DNA of 61,372 bases, the filler included. It is 4 parts of 4 records of this genome, joined end to end, with 100 filler letters (N's around TTAATTAATTAA, not from the genome) between each part and the next. Parts side by side here need not be neighbours in the genome. Positions count along the whole stretch, not along the records: positions 23,895 to 44,317 come from DRR723986_11710; 3 more parts are not named here. The stretch is one strand, 5' to 3'. The first letter of the stretch is position 1; each line of letters opens with the position of its first letter. Below are positions 30,040-40,011 of the stretch, in pieces. The translations under genes and the position numbers were made by a program. The notes beneath the pieces are model-generated. The model searched no databases and was not told the origin of the DNA. It saw only the letters and a list, made by a program, of their open reading frames with translations.

Positions 30040-31413
30040 GTGGCTGAACACACTTTTGACCTTGTCGTTTTGGGAGCAGGAAGTGGCGGTTATGCCGCGG
30101 CTTTGCGCGCTAGCCAACTGGGAATGAGCGTTGGTCTCATTGAGAAAGACAAAGTCGGCGGAACGTGTTTACACGTGGGATGTATCCCCACCAAAGCGCT
30201 TCTCCACGCGGCGGAGGTTGCTGATTCTGCGCGCCATTCGGAGATGTTTGGTGTTAAGGCCACCCTGGAAGGGGTAGACCTTCCCGCCGTCAACACCTAT
30301 CGCGATGGGATTGTTGCCTCCAAGCACAAGGGTCTCCAGGGCCTGATCAAGGCTCGAGGGATTACCACCATCGAGGGCACCGGAAAACTTATCTCCCCGA
30401 CCACGGTCGCCGTGGGCGAGGACACCGTGGTGGGTAAGAATGTCATTTTGGCCACCGGCTCCTACCCCCGGTCGCTTCCCGGGCTCGACATCGGCGGTCG
30501 AATCATTACCTCCGAGCAGGCATTGGCCCTGGATTGGATTCCCTCGAAAGTCATCGTTCTCGGGGGCGGCGTCATCGGCGTTGAATTCGCCAGTGTCTGG
30601 CGTTCCTTCGGTGCCGAGGTAACGATTGTCGAGGGTCTTCCCCGTTTGGTTCCCGCTGAAGACGAATCGATTTCTAAGCAGTTCGAGCGCGCCTATCGCA
30701 AGCGTGGCATCAATTTCCACACGGGAGTGCGCTTCCAGTCCGCCACCCAGGATGACACCAGTGTCACGGTCACCCTCGAAGATGGCACCACGGAAACCGC
30801 AGACCTTCTTCTGGTTGCGGTGGGACGTGGTCCCAAAACTGATGGCATGGGTTTCGAAGAAGTCGGCGTCACGATGGACCGCGGCTTTGTTCTCACGGAT
30901 GAGCGTTTGCGCACGAACATTCCCGGTGTTTTTGCCGTGGGTGACATCGTTCCCGGTATTCAGCTCGCCCACCGAGGTTTCCAGCACGGAATCTTCGTAG
31001 CGGAAGAACTCGCGGGCCTGAACCCGATGGTCGTGTCTGACCGCAACATCCCCAAAGTCACCTACTCCGAGCCAGAGGTGGCCTCTGTGGGCTACTCCGA
31101 GGCTGATGCCACTGCCGAATTCGGTGAAGCGGGTATCGCTGTCTATGACTACAACCTTGCTGGAAACGGCAAGAGCCACATCCTGGAGACTGCAGGCTCT
31201 ATCAAGGTGATTCGCCAGGTCGATGGACCTATTTTGGGAGTCCACATGATTGGCGCCCGCGTGGGCGAACTAATCGGCGAAGCCCAAGTCGCCGTCAACT
31301 GGGATGCTTACCCTGAAGATGTTGCACCACTGCTCCATGCCCACCCCACCCAAAACGAAGCATTAGGCGAAGCGTTTATGGCGATTGCAGGTAAACCCCT
31401 GCACGCACTGTAA
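30040..31413 (+). CDS. lpdA: Dihydrolipoyl dehydrogenase
   Basis: GAGSGG, GGTCLHVGCIPTK, GGGVIGVE, HAHPTQNE. Confidence 0.96.
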   Translation: MAEHTFDLVVLGAGSGGYAAALRASQLGMSVGLIEKDKVGGTCLHVGCIPTKALLHAAEVADSARHSEMFGVKATLEGVDLPAVNTYRDGIVASKHKGLQGLIKARGITTIEGTGKLISPTTVAVGEDTVVGKNVILATGSYPRSLPGLDIGGRIITSEQALALDWIPSKVIVLGGGVIGVEFASVWRSFGAEVTIVEGLPRLVPAEDESISKQFERAYRKRGINFHTGVRFQSATQDDTSVTVTLEDGTTETADLLLVAVGRGPKTDGMGFEEVGVTMDRGFVLTDERLRTNIPGVFAVGDIVPGIQLAHRGFQHGIFVAEELAGLNPMVVSDRNIPKVTYSEPEVASVGYSEADATAEFGEAGIAVYDYNLAGNGKSHILETAGSIKVIRQVDGPILGVHMIGARVGELIGEAQVAVNWDAYPEDVAPLLHAHPTQNEALGEAFMAIAGKPLHAL

Positions 31414-31461
31414 GCACAGCGTCTACATCGACACAGCACTCTCACAAGGAGAACACTCGAG

Positions 31462-32916
31462 ATGAGCCAAGAAGTCAACCTCCCAGCATTGGGAGAAAGC
31501 GTTACCGAAGGAACAGTTACCCGCTGGCTGAAGAAGGTCGGTGACACTGTCGCCGTCGACGAGCCTTTAGTGGAGATCTCCACGGATAAAGTCGACACCG
31601 AAATTCCCTCTCCCATTGCCGGAGTCATCGAAGAAATCCTCGTCGCCGAAGACGAGACCGTCGAGGTAGGAGCCGTTCTCGCCCGCATTGGCGATGGCAG
31701 TGCCGCAGCTGCTCCTGTGGCAACGCCCGCACCAGAGGAAGCCCCTGCTCCTGCGCCGGTAGCGCAAGAACCAGTGGCCCCACCTGCTCCCCCAGCTCCC
31801 GAACCTGTCGCACCACCAGCTGCCCCCGTGGCCGCACCACCTGCACCACCTGCACCACCTGCACCTCCGGTTGCACCACCTGCACCACCTGCACCGCCCG
31901 CGCCGCCCGCGCCTCCGGCGGCAGCGCCTGCAGCCCCTGTTGCACCTCCAGCGGCTCCTGCAGCCGCTCCCGCGCCAGCAGCTGCACCAAGCGTCCCCGA
32001 ACCCGTTCCCGCAGCCTCTCGGGCGATGCCCTATGTGACGCCGATTGTGCGCAAACTTGCCCACGATCATGGCGTTGACCTGGCCCACGTCAGTGGCACT
32101 GGTGTGGGAGGTCGAATCCGCAAGGAAGACATTCTTGCCGCTGCCGGTGGTTCTGCTGGGACAGCAGCCCCCGCAGCAGCCACTGTGGTGGAGCCCTCAG
32201 CGCTTCGGGGTACGACCGTACCGATGAGCAGATTGCGCAAGGTCATCGCTGAGCGCGCTGTGGCATCTATGCAGGCCTCAGCCCAATTGACCTCTGTTGT
32301 CGAGGTCGATGTCACCGAGATCGCAGAACTGCGCCAGGTCGTCAAGGATCAGTTCTTGAGCTCGACGGGGACCAAACTGAGCTTCCTGCCATTCTTCGTC
32401 AAGGCAGCAGCCGAGGCTCTGCGGGTGTTCCCGATCATCAACGCAGTGGTGGAAGGCGAAAGCATTGTCTACCCCGCAACGGAAAACATCTCGATCGCCG
32501 TAGACACCGAGCGTGGTCTGCTCACCCCTGTGCTGAAAAACGCAGGCGAGAAAAACCTCGCCGGGATTTCGAAAGATATTTCGGACTTGGCAGAGCGCAC
32601 CCGCACGAACCAGCTCAGCCCCGATGAACTTGCCGGTGGCACCTTTACGGTGACCAACACTGGTTCACGAGGTGCACTGTTCGATACCCCAATCGTGTTC
32701 CTTCCCCAGGTAGCAATCTTGGGCACGGGAATCGTGCAGAAAAAGCCCGTGGTGGTCACTCACAACGGTGATGACTCGATTGCGATTCGCCACACGGTCT
32801 ATCTCGCACTGTCTTATGACCACCGCATCGTTGATGGTGCTGACGCCGCACGCTTCCTCACTATGGTCAAGGACCGACTAGAAGCTGGGGCGTTCGACGC
32901 AGACCTAGGCATCTAG
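31462..32916 (+). CDS. sucB: 2-oxo acid dehydrogenase E2 (dihydrolipoamide acyltransferase, SucB/DlaT)
   Basis: Single lipoyl domain STDKVD, Pro/Ala linker, E3-binding GTGVGGRIRKED, catalytic DHRIVDG. Confidence 0.92.
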   Translation: MSQEVNLPALGESVTEGTVTRWLKKVGDTVAVDEPLVEISTDKVDTEIPSPIAGVIEEILVAEDETVEVGAVLARIGDGSAAAAPVATPAPEEAPAPAPVAQEPVAPPAPPAPEPVAPPAAPVAAPPAPPAPPAPPVAPPAPPAPPAPPAPPAAAPAAPVAPPAAPAAAPAPAAAPSVPEPVPAASRAMPYVTPIVRKLAHDHGVDLAHVSGTGVGGRIRKEDILAAAGGSAGTAAPAAATVVEPSALRGTTVPMSRLRKVIAERAVASMQASAQLTSVVEVDVTEIAELRQVVKDQFLSSTGTKLSFLPFFVKAAAEALRVFPIINAVVEGESIVYPATENISIAVDTERGLLTPVLKNAGEKNLAGISKDISDLAERTRTNQLSPDELAGGTFTVTNTGSRGALFDTPIVFLPQVAILGTGIVQKKPVVVTHNGDDSIAIRHTVYLALSYDHRIVDGADAARFLTMVKDRLEAGAFDADLGI

Positions 32917-32957
32917 AAGTTTCCTCTTACCTCCCAAACGCATAGGCTAAAGAAGAC

Positions 32958-33665
32958 ATGGCTACCAAGGACAAAGCAGGAAATAGAGAACCCGGTCGGC
33001 TCAAGCAGCTGTGGCAGATTTTTAATCTGACTCGCGAGACCGATAAGGCGCTCATTCCCCTTCTCGCGCTCACCCTCACCGTGCCCATTGTTGCGGGTGT
33101 ATTCGTGGGGCTGTGGCTCGCAGCGGGAAGCATTTTCTCTCTCATCCTCTACATCACCACCGGTGTTTTGCTGGCGGTGCTTCTCACCCTGGTTGTGATG
33201 GGTCAGCGGGCAGAAAAAACCGCCTATGAAAAGATTTCCGGCCAACCCGGTGCGGTGGGTGCAGTCTTGCGCAGTGCTTTGCGTCGCGCATGGCAAGCCA
33301 GTGAGTTTCCGGTAGCAGTAAACCCCAGGACCCAAGAAGCGGTCTACCGCGCCGTAGGCAAGCCTGGTGTGGTTCTTATCGGAGAAGGTGCACGCTCGCG
33401 CACCAAGAAGATGCTCGAGGATGAGCGTCGCGCCGTCTTGCGAGCGGTGCCCGACATTCCGGTTCATTTTGTGCACGTCGGCCCCGATGAAGGCTCGACT
33501 CCCCTGCCTCAACTCAATAAGGCGCTTCGTAAATTCAAGAACTCTTTGCGCAAAGCAGAAGTATTAGCCGTCTCACACCGGTTGACCTCCCTACAGCGAG
33601 GCAATTCGATGCCCATTCCCAAGGGAATGGATCCCACCAAAGTTCGCGCACCGAAACCCCGCTAA
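32958..33665 (+). CDS. DUF4191 membrane protein
   Basis: Two TM helices, GQPGAVGAVL, PIPKGMDP; usual actinobacterial position before RDD-glnA. Confidence 0.85.
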   Translation: MATKDKAGNREPGRLKQLWQIFNLTRETDKALIPLLALTLTVPIVAGVFVGLWLAAGSIFSLILYITTGVLLAVLLTLVVMGQRAEKTAYEKISGQPGAVGAVLRSALRRAWQASEFPVAVNPRTQEAVYRAVGKPGVVLIGEGARSRTKKMLEDERRAVLRAVPDIPVHFVHVGPDEGSTPLPQLNKALRKFKNSLRKAEVLAVSHRLTSLQRGNSMPIPKGMDPTKVRAPKPR

Positions 33666-33677
33666 CACGCAGGTTCG

Positions 33678-34076
33678 CTAGCGCACCACCAGAATTGTTC
33701 CGACCAAACGGTCATGCAATCCTCTTTGGTCCTCATCCGTAATTAACGCTGGTATGACCAGCGCCACGAGTAGTGGTCGAACTAGCGGAGCGAAAAGACC
33801 CAGCGCACCGCCCTTAACCGGCGCGATACGAATGCGGGCAATGAGGTGACCGGGAGAACCCGCAGCCAGGAGACCGCCCAGCGCGGAGAGCGCCACAAAC
33901 ACCAGCAGAGTGGCGAGACCGTCGTAGTCGAAAAAGATCACCGATATTCCCACGGCCAGCGCCCAGTCGACCGCGAGCGCACCCACCCGGCGTAAATAGG
34001 TCGGTGTGGAGCGGGGCCCCGAAGCCGGTAAGCCAAATTTTTTGCCTGGCCAGTAGTCATCGGAGTCGGTGGCCAT
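33678..34076 (-). CDS. RDD family membrane protein
   Basis: WPGKKFGLPASGPRS, RRVGALAVDW, QRGLHDRLVGT; ATG 34076 preceded by TACACT. Confidence 0.85.
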   Translation of the reverse strand: MATDSDDYWPGKKFGLPASGPRSTPTYLRRVGALAVDWALAVGISVIFFDYDGLATLLVFVALSALGGLLAAGSPGHLIARIRIAPVKGGALGLFAPLVRPLLVALVIPALITDEDQRGLHDRLVGTILVVR

Positions 34077-34097
34077 GACTCCAGTGTAGATAGTGCT

Positions 34098-34135
34098 GTA
34101 ACACGAAGGAAACATATTGGATATGGCGGAGAAAT
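34098..34135 (+). promoter_or_regulatory. GlnR box upstream of glnA
   Basis: GTAAC-n6-GAAAC-n6-GATAT-n6-GAAAT matches the actinobacterial gTnAc-n6-GaAAc tandem consensus. Confidence 0.8.
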
Positions 34136-34209
34136 TGGCCTGACTTAGTGTTGAGCCAGCACCGAATCCTCGGTGCACCCATCCCACGAACACATCAGGA
34201 GTTAAGAGC

Positions 34210-35634
34210 ATGTTTAAAAACTCTTCCGAAGTACTCAAGTACATCAAAGAAAAAGACGTCAAGTTCCTTGACATTCGCTTCACCGACCTACCCGGCGTGC
34301 AACAGCACTTCAACATCCCCGCCCATTCGGTGGATGAAGAATTCTTCACCGTCGGACAACTTTTCGATGGTTCGTCCATCCGTGGTTTCCAGCAGATCCA
34401 CGAGTCGGACCTTCAGCTCATTCCCGATGTGACGACCGCCTATGTCGACGCGTTCCGTGACGAGCTCACGCTGATCATGCTCTTTGACATCTACAACCCC
34501 CGTAATGGCGAAATTTACAGCCGTGACCCCCGTCAGGTGGCCCACAAGGCTGAGAAGTACCTCGCCTCCACCGGGATTGCGGACACGGCGTTCTTTGCCC
34601 CCGAAGCAGAGTTCTACATCTTTGATGACGTTCGTTACGACGTGCGCCAAAACCGCAGCTTCTATGAAGTGGATTCGATTGAAGGCGCCTGGAACTCAGG
34701 CCGCAGGGAAGAAGGCGGAAACCTCGCCAACAAGACCCCGTATAAGGGTGGCTACTTCCCCGTCAGCCCCGTCGACCACTTCGCTGACCTGCGCGATGAC
34801 ATCTGCTTGAAGCTCGAAGAAGCAGGCCTCATCGTCGAGCGTTCACACCACGAGGTGGGAACCGGTGGCCAGGCTGAAATCAACTACCGCTTCAACACCA
34901 TGGTCAAAGCAGCTGACGACATCTTGAAATTCAAGTACATCGTCAAGAACACTGCCTTGGAGTGGGGCAAGACGGCAACCTTCATGCCCAAGCCTCTCTT
35001 CGGTGACAACGGATCGGGTATGCACACGCACCAGTCGCTCTGGAACGATGGCGTGCCATTGTTCTACGACGAGGCAGGCTATGGCGGACTCAGCGACCTC
35101 GCTCGCTGGTACATCGGTGGAATCCTCAAGCACGCACCCGCGCTTCTGGCTTTTACCAACCCCAGCATCAACAGCTACCACCGTTTGGTCAAGGGCTTCG
35201 AAGCTCCGGTCAACCTGGTGTACTCCGCTGGTAACCGCTCGGCCTCGATTCGTATTCCGATTACGGGAAGCAACCCCAAGGCGAAGCGAATTGAATTCCG
35301 CGCCCCCGATGCCTCCGGAAACCCTTACCTCGCCTTCGCTGCACAGATGATGGCCGGTTTGGATGGAATCCAGAACAAGATTGAGCCCCACGAGCCCGTG
35401 GATAAGGACCTCTACGAGCTTCCCCCCGAGGAAGCAAAGTCCATCCCTCAGGTTCCAGGTTCCCTGGAAGAAGCACTTCAAGCACTCGAAGCCGACCACG
35501 ACTTCCTGCTCGCTGGCGGTGTCTTCACCCAGGACCTGATCGACACCTGGGTCGAGTTCAAGCGCGAGAACGAAATTGCTCCTATGGCGCAGCGTCCTCA
35601 CCCGTTCGAATTCGAACTGTACTACGGCGTCTAA
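34210..35634 (+). CDS. glnA: Glutamine synthetase type I (GlnA1)
   Basis: [38 protein letters not shown], adenylylation site KDLYEL. Confidence 0.97.
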   Translation: MFKNSSEVLKYIKEKDVKFLDIRFTDLPGVQQHFNIPAHSVDEEFFTVGQLFDGSSIRGFQQIHESDLQLIPDVTTAYVDAFRDELTLIMLFDIYNPRNGEIYSRDPRQVAHKAEKYLASTGIADTAFFAPEAEFYIFDDVRYDVRQNRSFYEVDSIEGAWNSGRREEGGNLANKTPYKGGYFPVSPVDHFADLRDDICLKLEEAGLIVERSHHEVGTGGQAEINYRFNTMVKAADDILKFKYIVKNTALEWGKTATFMPKPLFGDNGSGMHTHQSLWNDGVPLFYDEAGYGGLSDLARWYIGGILKHAPALLAFTNPSINSYHRLVKGFEAPVNLVYSAGNRSASIRIPITGSNPKAKRIEFRAPDASGNPYLAFAAQMMAGLDGIQNKIEPHEPVDKDLYELPPEEAKSIPQVPGSLEEALQALEADHDFLLAGGVFTQDLIDTWVEFKRENEIAPMAQRPHPFEFELYYGV

Positions 35635-35647
35635 ACGCTCCTAAACT

Positions 35648-35681
35648 CTGGCGGGTCCTATCGTGGGATGGGGCCCGCCAG
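35648..35681. terminator. Hairpin between convergent glnA and glnE
   Basis: CTGGCGGGTCCTATC-GTGG-GATGGGGCCCGCCAG inverted repeat. Confidence 0.7.
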
Positions 35682-35685
35682 TGCT

Positions 35686-38604
35686 TTAACCGCCCAGACC
35701 TCCGGCACTCTTGCCATAGAACACGCGCTCAAATACCACTCGGGAACGTCGCGTGACGCGGAGGTACCGATCTTCAAGCTCACTAGCACTGCCCGAGGGA
35801 TAGCCCATCAAACGCGCCGCCCCTTCGAGCCCGACTCGATCAGTGGGAAGCACATCGGTGGAGTGAGCGCCAAATAGCGCCAGAGCGCTGCGTATTTGAG
35901 ACGCCAACGTCCAGGCCTCACCCAATTCTTCGCTGTCGCGTCGCTCTAAGAGGCCATGCTCCACCATGCGCTCCATCGCCACGAGAGTGGAGGGAGTTCG
36001 GATATCCGGGTACTGGTGACCATGTTGTAACTGGAGGAGCTGGATCGCCCACTCAACATCGCTGAGAGAACCCCTGCCTAGTTTGAGATGCCGGGATGAA
36101 TCAGCACCCTGGGGAAGGCGTTCCGCTTCCACTCGGGCTTTGATCCGGCGAATTTCTCGCGCCTGGTCGTCACTAAAGCTCACGGGATAGCGATAGGGCG
36201 CTGCCATTTCCAGGAAATCATCTTGAAGAGATTCCTCCCCCACGCAACTCGCGGCTCGCAATAGCGCTTGTGCCTCCCAACCCAAAGCCCACCGCTGGTA
36301 ATACTGGGAGAAAGCTTCCAGACTGCGCACCAGCGGACCATTCTTGCCTTCGGGGCGAAGCCCCGCATCAAGATCCACGGGAAAAAGCACGTCTTCACTC
36401 AACAAGGTGATGTTTTTGACGATCTCGGCAGCCACCTGGGAAGCGTTGGTGCCAGCACCGTTATCCCGAAACACGTACACCACGTCTAAATCAGAACCAA
36501 AGCTCAACTCGCCCCCGCCGAAGCGACCCATGGCGATGATGGCAAACTCAATTCCATCCTCAGGTGTTCGAGCAAGGCTGAGAATGCCGGCTAAGAATTC
36601 ACAGGCCAACCCGGTGAGAGCCTCGGCGACCCGGGCGTTGTCGCTCACCCCCACCATGCTCGAGAGCGCAATACGCAACAGTTCCCTTCGACGCATGCCG
36701 CGAAGTGCTTTTTTCGCAGCCCCCTGGTCACCCTTGTGACGCTCGAGAGTGGCGCGGACCTCGTCGCGCAGCGCACTGCGCTCGCGAGGAATGAGGTCCT
36801 CGTCGTTATCCAACCAGGCTGCGCCCTCGGGCACTCGACCAAAGAGCTTGGCAACAAATCCGCTCGTGGAGAGTGCTCGGGTGAGCCGCTTTGCAGCTCC
36901 CGAGGAATCTCGCAACATGCGCAAGAACCAATAGGCCTCACCCAGATCATCACTGAGTTTCCGAAAAGCCAAGAGACCGCCATCGGGATCCGTTCCTTCG
37001 GCGAGCCACCTCAATAAAACAGGCAACAAATTCTTTTGAATCGCTGCTCTGCGCGACACTCCCCCAGTCAAAGCAGCGATGTGGTGCAAAGCGCCACGGG
37101 GGTCCCTAAAACCAGAAGCCTGCAATCTCAAGGCAGCTTGGTCACTGGTGAGTTCCGCTGCCCCCTCACCCAAATCTGCCACAGCGGAAAGCAGTGGGCG
37201 ATAGAAAATTCGCTCATGAAGACCACGGACCTGGCGTTGAACGCCCCGCCACAGCGTTACTAAGTCCGTGGCAGTATCAGCAAGCTTGGTAGCTCGGGCG
37301 AGGACTCGAACCGCCTCTTCCTCGCGCGGCATCAGGTGACTTCTCGCCAAAGCCTGAAGTTGAATTCGGTGCTCGAGAACGCGCAAAGTCCGATACGCAT
37401 GATCAAATTCAGCGGCTTCTGCTCTGCCGACATATCCCGCCTGGGTCAGAGAAGTCAAAGCACCCAGGGTGTCGAGATCTCTCACCTGATCATCATGGGC
37501 GCCATGGACAAGCTGCAAGAGCTGAATGGTGAACTCGATATCGCGAAGTCCCCCTGGCCCCAGCTTGATTTGATAATCCACTTCCTCAGCCGGAATATGG
37601 GCGCTGACGCGCTCGCGCATCCGCTGCACTTGTTCCACAAATCCAGGTCTGGTGGAGGCAGCCCAAATCAGGGGTTCCACAGCTTCGCGGTAGCGGCGAG
37701 CCAAATCCTTATCTCCGGCTAACCCTCGGGCCTTGATCAGGGCTTGGAATTCCCAATCTTTAGCCCAGCGCTGGTAGTAACTCAGATGAGAATCCAGCGT
37801 GCGCACCAAGGCGCCATCTTTACCCTCGGGGCGTAAGTTTGCATCGACTTCCCACAGTCCTGGCTCCACGCCAAACTCCGTGAGAAAGCGGGCAGTATCG
37901 CGTGCCAGGTTGTGAGCGCTGGTCATCACCCGATCCGGGTCCTCGCCCTCGGGCACCTCGGTGACATAGATGACGTCAACATCGCTGAGGTAATTAAGCT
38001 CCCGAGCCCCAGCCTTACCCATGCCGATGATCGCCAAGGGAACTTTCTCGGCCGGCACATCGTGGGTTTGGCGAGCCAAATACAGTGCGTTTTCGAGCGC
38101 TGCCCCTGCCAGGTCAGATAGTGCCCGAGCGACAACATCGACTACCGCAAGCGGCGATTCAGCGGAGGAATCCCACAGCGCAATCCGACACAACTCTCGT
38201 CGATACGCCACCCGGAGGGCCACCACCGCGTCGTCGCCTTCTTTGCCCTGGAGTGCCTCTTGGAGCACAGCGCCATAGCGCTCGGCATCGAGGGGCCGCT
38301 TGAGCGGGCCCGAGACGACATTCCACTGGTCAACATGGCGGTGCAGGAAATCTCCCAGGCCAGAGCTGGCGCCCGTCAACAACACCAAGCGTTGCCGAGC
38401 TGTTGGCTTTGCCCAGAGTGTCCTCCAGGCTTGGGGGGATTTTTCCTCCAAAGCGTGAATTGTTTTAAGTGCCAAATCTGGATCGGCAGCGGAGGAGAAA
38501 TCCGATGCCTCATAACCCAGGTCCTCTAAACGACCACGAGACTCACTGAGGTTGGCAAAACCAGCTTTAACCAGCGAAGTCAGAGCTGACGGCGCTCGTG
38601 TCAT
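35686..38604 (-). CDS. glnE: Bifunctional glutamine synthetase adenylyltransferase/removase
   Basis: Two NT domains GMGKAGARELNYLSDVD and AMGRFGGGELSFGSDLD; DANLRPEG, DAGLRPEG. Confidence 0.95.
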   Translation of the reverse strand: MTRAPSALTSLVKAGFANLSESRGRLEDLGYEASDFSSAADPDLALKTIHALEEKSPQAWRTLWAKPTARQRLVLLTGASSGLGDFLHRHVDQWNVVSGPLKRPLDAERYGAVLQEALQGKEGDDAVVALRVAYRRELCRIALWDSSAESPLAVVDVVARALSDLAGAALENALYLARQTHDVPAEKVPLAIIGMGKAGARELNYLSDVDVIYVTEVPEGEDPDRVMTSAHNLARDTARFLTEFGVEPGLWEVDANLRPEGKDGALVRTLDSHLSYYQRWAKDWEFQALIKARGLAGDKDLARRYREAVEPLIWAASTRPGFVEQVQRMRERVSAHIPAEEVDYQIKLGPGGLRDIEFTIQLLQLVHGAHDDQVRDLDTLGALTSLTQAGYVGRAEAAEFDHAYRTLRVLEHRIQLQALARSHLMPREEEAVRVLARATKLADTATDLVTLWRGVQRQVRGLHERIFYRPLLSAVADLGEGAAELTSDQAALRLQASGFRDPRGALHHIAALTGGVSRRAAIQKNLLPVLLRWLAEGTDPDGGLLAFRKLSDDLGEAYWFLRMLRDSSGAAKRLTRALSTSGFVAKLFGRVPEGAAWLDNDEDLIPRERSALRDEVRATLERHKGDQGAAKKALRGMRRRELLRIALSSMVGVSDNARVAEALTGLACEFLAGILSLARTPEDGIEFAIIAMGRFGGGELSFGSDLDVVYVFRDNGAGTNASQVAAEIVKNITLLSEDVLFPVDLDAGLRPEGKNGPLVRSLEAFSQYYQRWALGWEAQALLRAASCVGEESLQDDFLEMAAPYRYPVSFSDDQAREIRRIKARVEAERLPQGADSSRHLKLGRGSLSDVEWAIQLLQLQHGHQYPDIRTPSTLVAMERMVEHGLLERRDSEELGEAWTLASQIRSALALFGAHSTDVLPTDRVGLEGAARLMGYPSGSASELEDRYLRVTRRSRVVFERVFYGKSAGGLGG

Positions 38605-38615
38605 AACTGGGCAGG

Positions 38616-39959
38616 TTAGAGAAGTTCGAGGTTGCTAGAGAGCTCATACGGGGTGACTTGAGCTCGGTAGGCTTCCCATTCCCGCTTCTTATTGAGCAGG
38701 ACATAGTTGAACACCCGCTCACCGAGTGTTTCCGCCACCAATTCACTGCCCTCCATCAAGGCGAGAGCGTGATCCAAACTTGCCGGTAACGGTTCATAGC
38801 CCAAAGCAAGACGCTCGCCCGCGCTGAGTTCCCACACCGTGTCTTCGGCCTCCGCGGGGAGTTCGTAGTTTTCTGCGATGCCCTTGAGGCCGGCAGCCAG
38901 GAGAACAGCAAAAGCCAAATAGGGGTTGGCAGCAGAATCAATACCGCGGTATTCCACGCGAGCGCTTTGACCCTTACCGGGCTTATACAGCGGAACTCTA
39001 ATCAAGGCCGAGCGGTTGTTGTGACCCCAGGTGACGTAACTCGGGGCCTCGTGGCCGCCCCACAGACGCTTGTAGGAGTTCACAAACTGGTTCGTAATCG
39101 CGGTGAATTCCGGTGCGTGCTTGAGAACGCCCGCGACAAAGGAGCGGCCCACTGCGGAGAGCTGATATTTTCCACCCGCGTCATAGAAGGCATTGGTGTC
39201 ACCTTCAAAAAGCGAGAAGTGGGTGTGCATACCCGAGCCTGGGTGATCAGCCAGGGGTTTGGGCATAAACGTTGCGTAAACGCCCTGTTCGATCGCCACT
39301 TCCTTGACCACGGTTCTAAAGGTCATGATGTTATCGGCGGTGGTCAACGCATCGGCGTATCGAAGGTCAATTTCGTTTTGCCCAGGGCCTGCCTCATGGT
39401 GACTAAATTCCACCGAAATACCCAAATCCTCGAGCATGCGCACGGCACGACGACGGAAATCATGAGCAGTACCGCCTGGAACGTTGTCGAAATACCCGGC
39501 AGAATCTACTGGCTCTGGTCCCGAGGGGCCGTGGGCACTGGATTTGAGCAGATAAAACTCGATTTCCGGGTGGGTATAAAACGTGAACCCAAGGTCCGCC
39601 GCTTTTTCTAGCTGGCGCTTGAGTACAAAGCGGGGATCGACCACCGCTGGCTGACCGTCCGGGGTCGTGATGTCGCAAAACATGCGAGCGGTGGGGTCAA
39701 TTTCTCCCCGCCAGGGAAGAATCTGGAAGGTGGTGGGGTCTGGGTGAGCTAAGACGTCAGCTTCGAACGCGCGCGTGAAACCTTCGATGGAGGAACCATC
39801 AATTCCCAAGCCTTCGGTAAAAGCACCCTCGACCTCAGCGGGGGCAATGGCCACCATCTTGAGCGTGCCCACCACATCGGTAAACCACAGCCGAATGAAC
39901 TTGACGCCACGCTCTTCAATGGTGCGCAGCACGAAGTCGCGTTGTTTATCCACAGTCAT
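38616..39959 (-). CDS. glnA2: Glutamine synthetase-like protein GlnA2
   Basis: RLWFTDVVG, DGSSIEGF, HHEAGPGQNEID, FMPKP..GSGMH; adjacent to glnE. Confidence 0.9.
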   Translation of the reverse strand: MTVDKQRDFVLRTIEERGVKFIRLWFTDVVGTLKMVAIAPAEVEGAFTEGLGIDGSSIEGFTRAFEADVLAHPDPTTFQILPWRGEIDPTARMFCDITTPDGQPAVVDPRFVLKRQLEKAADLGFTFYTHPEIEFYLLKSSAHGPSGPEPVDSAGYFDNVPGGTAHDFRRRAVRMLEDLGISVEFSHHEAGPGQNEIDLRYADALTTADNIMTFRTVVKEVAIEQGVYATFMPKPLADHPGSGMHTHFSLFEGDTNAFYDAGGKYQLSAVGRSFVAGVLKHAPEFTAITNQFVNSYKRLWGGHEAPSYVTWGHNNRSALIRVPLYKPGKGQSARVEYRGIDSAANPYLAFAVLLAAGLKGIAENYELPAEAEDTVWELSAGERLALGYEPLPASLDHALALMEGSELVAETLGERVFNYVLLNKKREWEAYRAQVTPYELSSNLELL

Positions 39960-40011
39960 CCCTCACAACCAAGCAAAATGGGCATAATTCCTAGCCATTA
40001 GGCTACTCGGT

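Noticed and set aside
31730-32020. GCACCACCT 9-bp tandem repeats
   Set aside because: Encode the normal Pro/Ala linker of the E2 subunit
34210-39959. Two glutamine synthetase genes around glnE as a novel duplication
   Set aside because: glnA1-glnE-glnA2 is the standard actinobacterial arrangement
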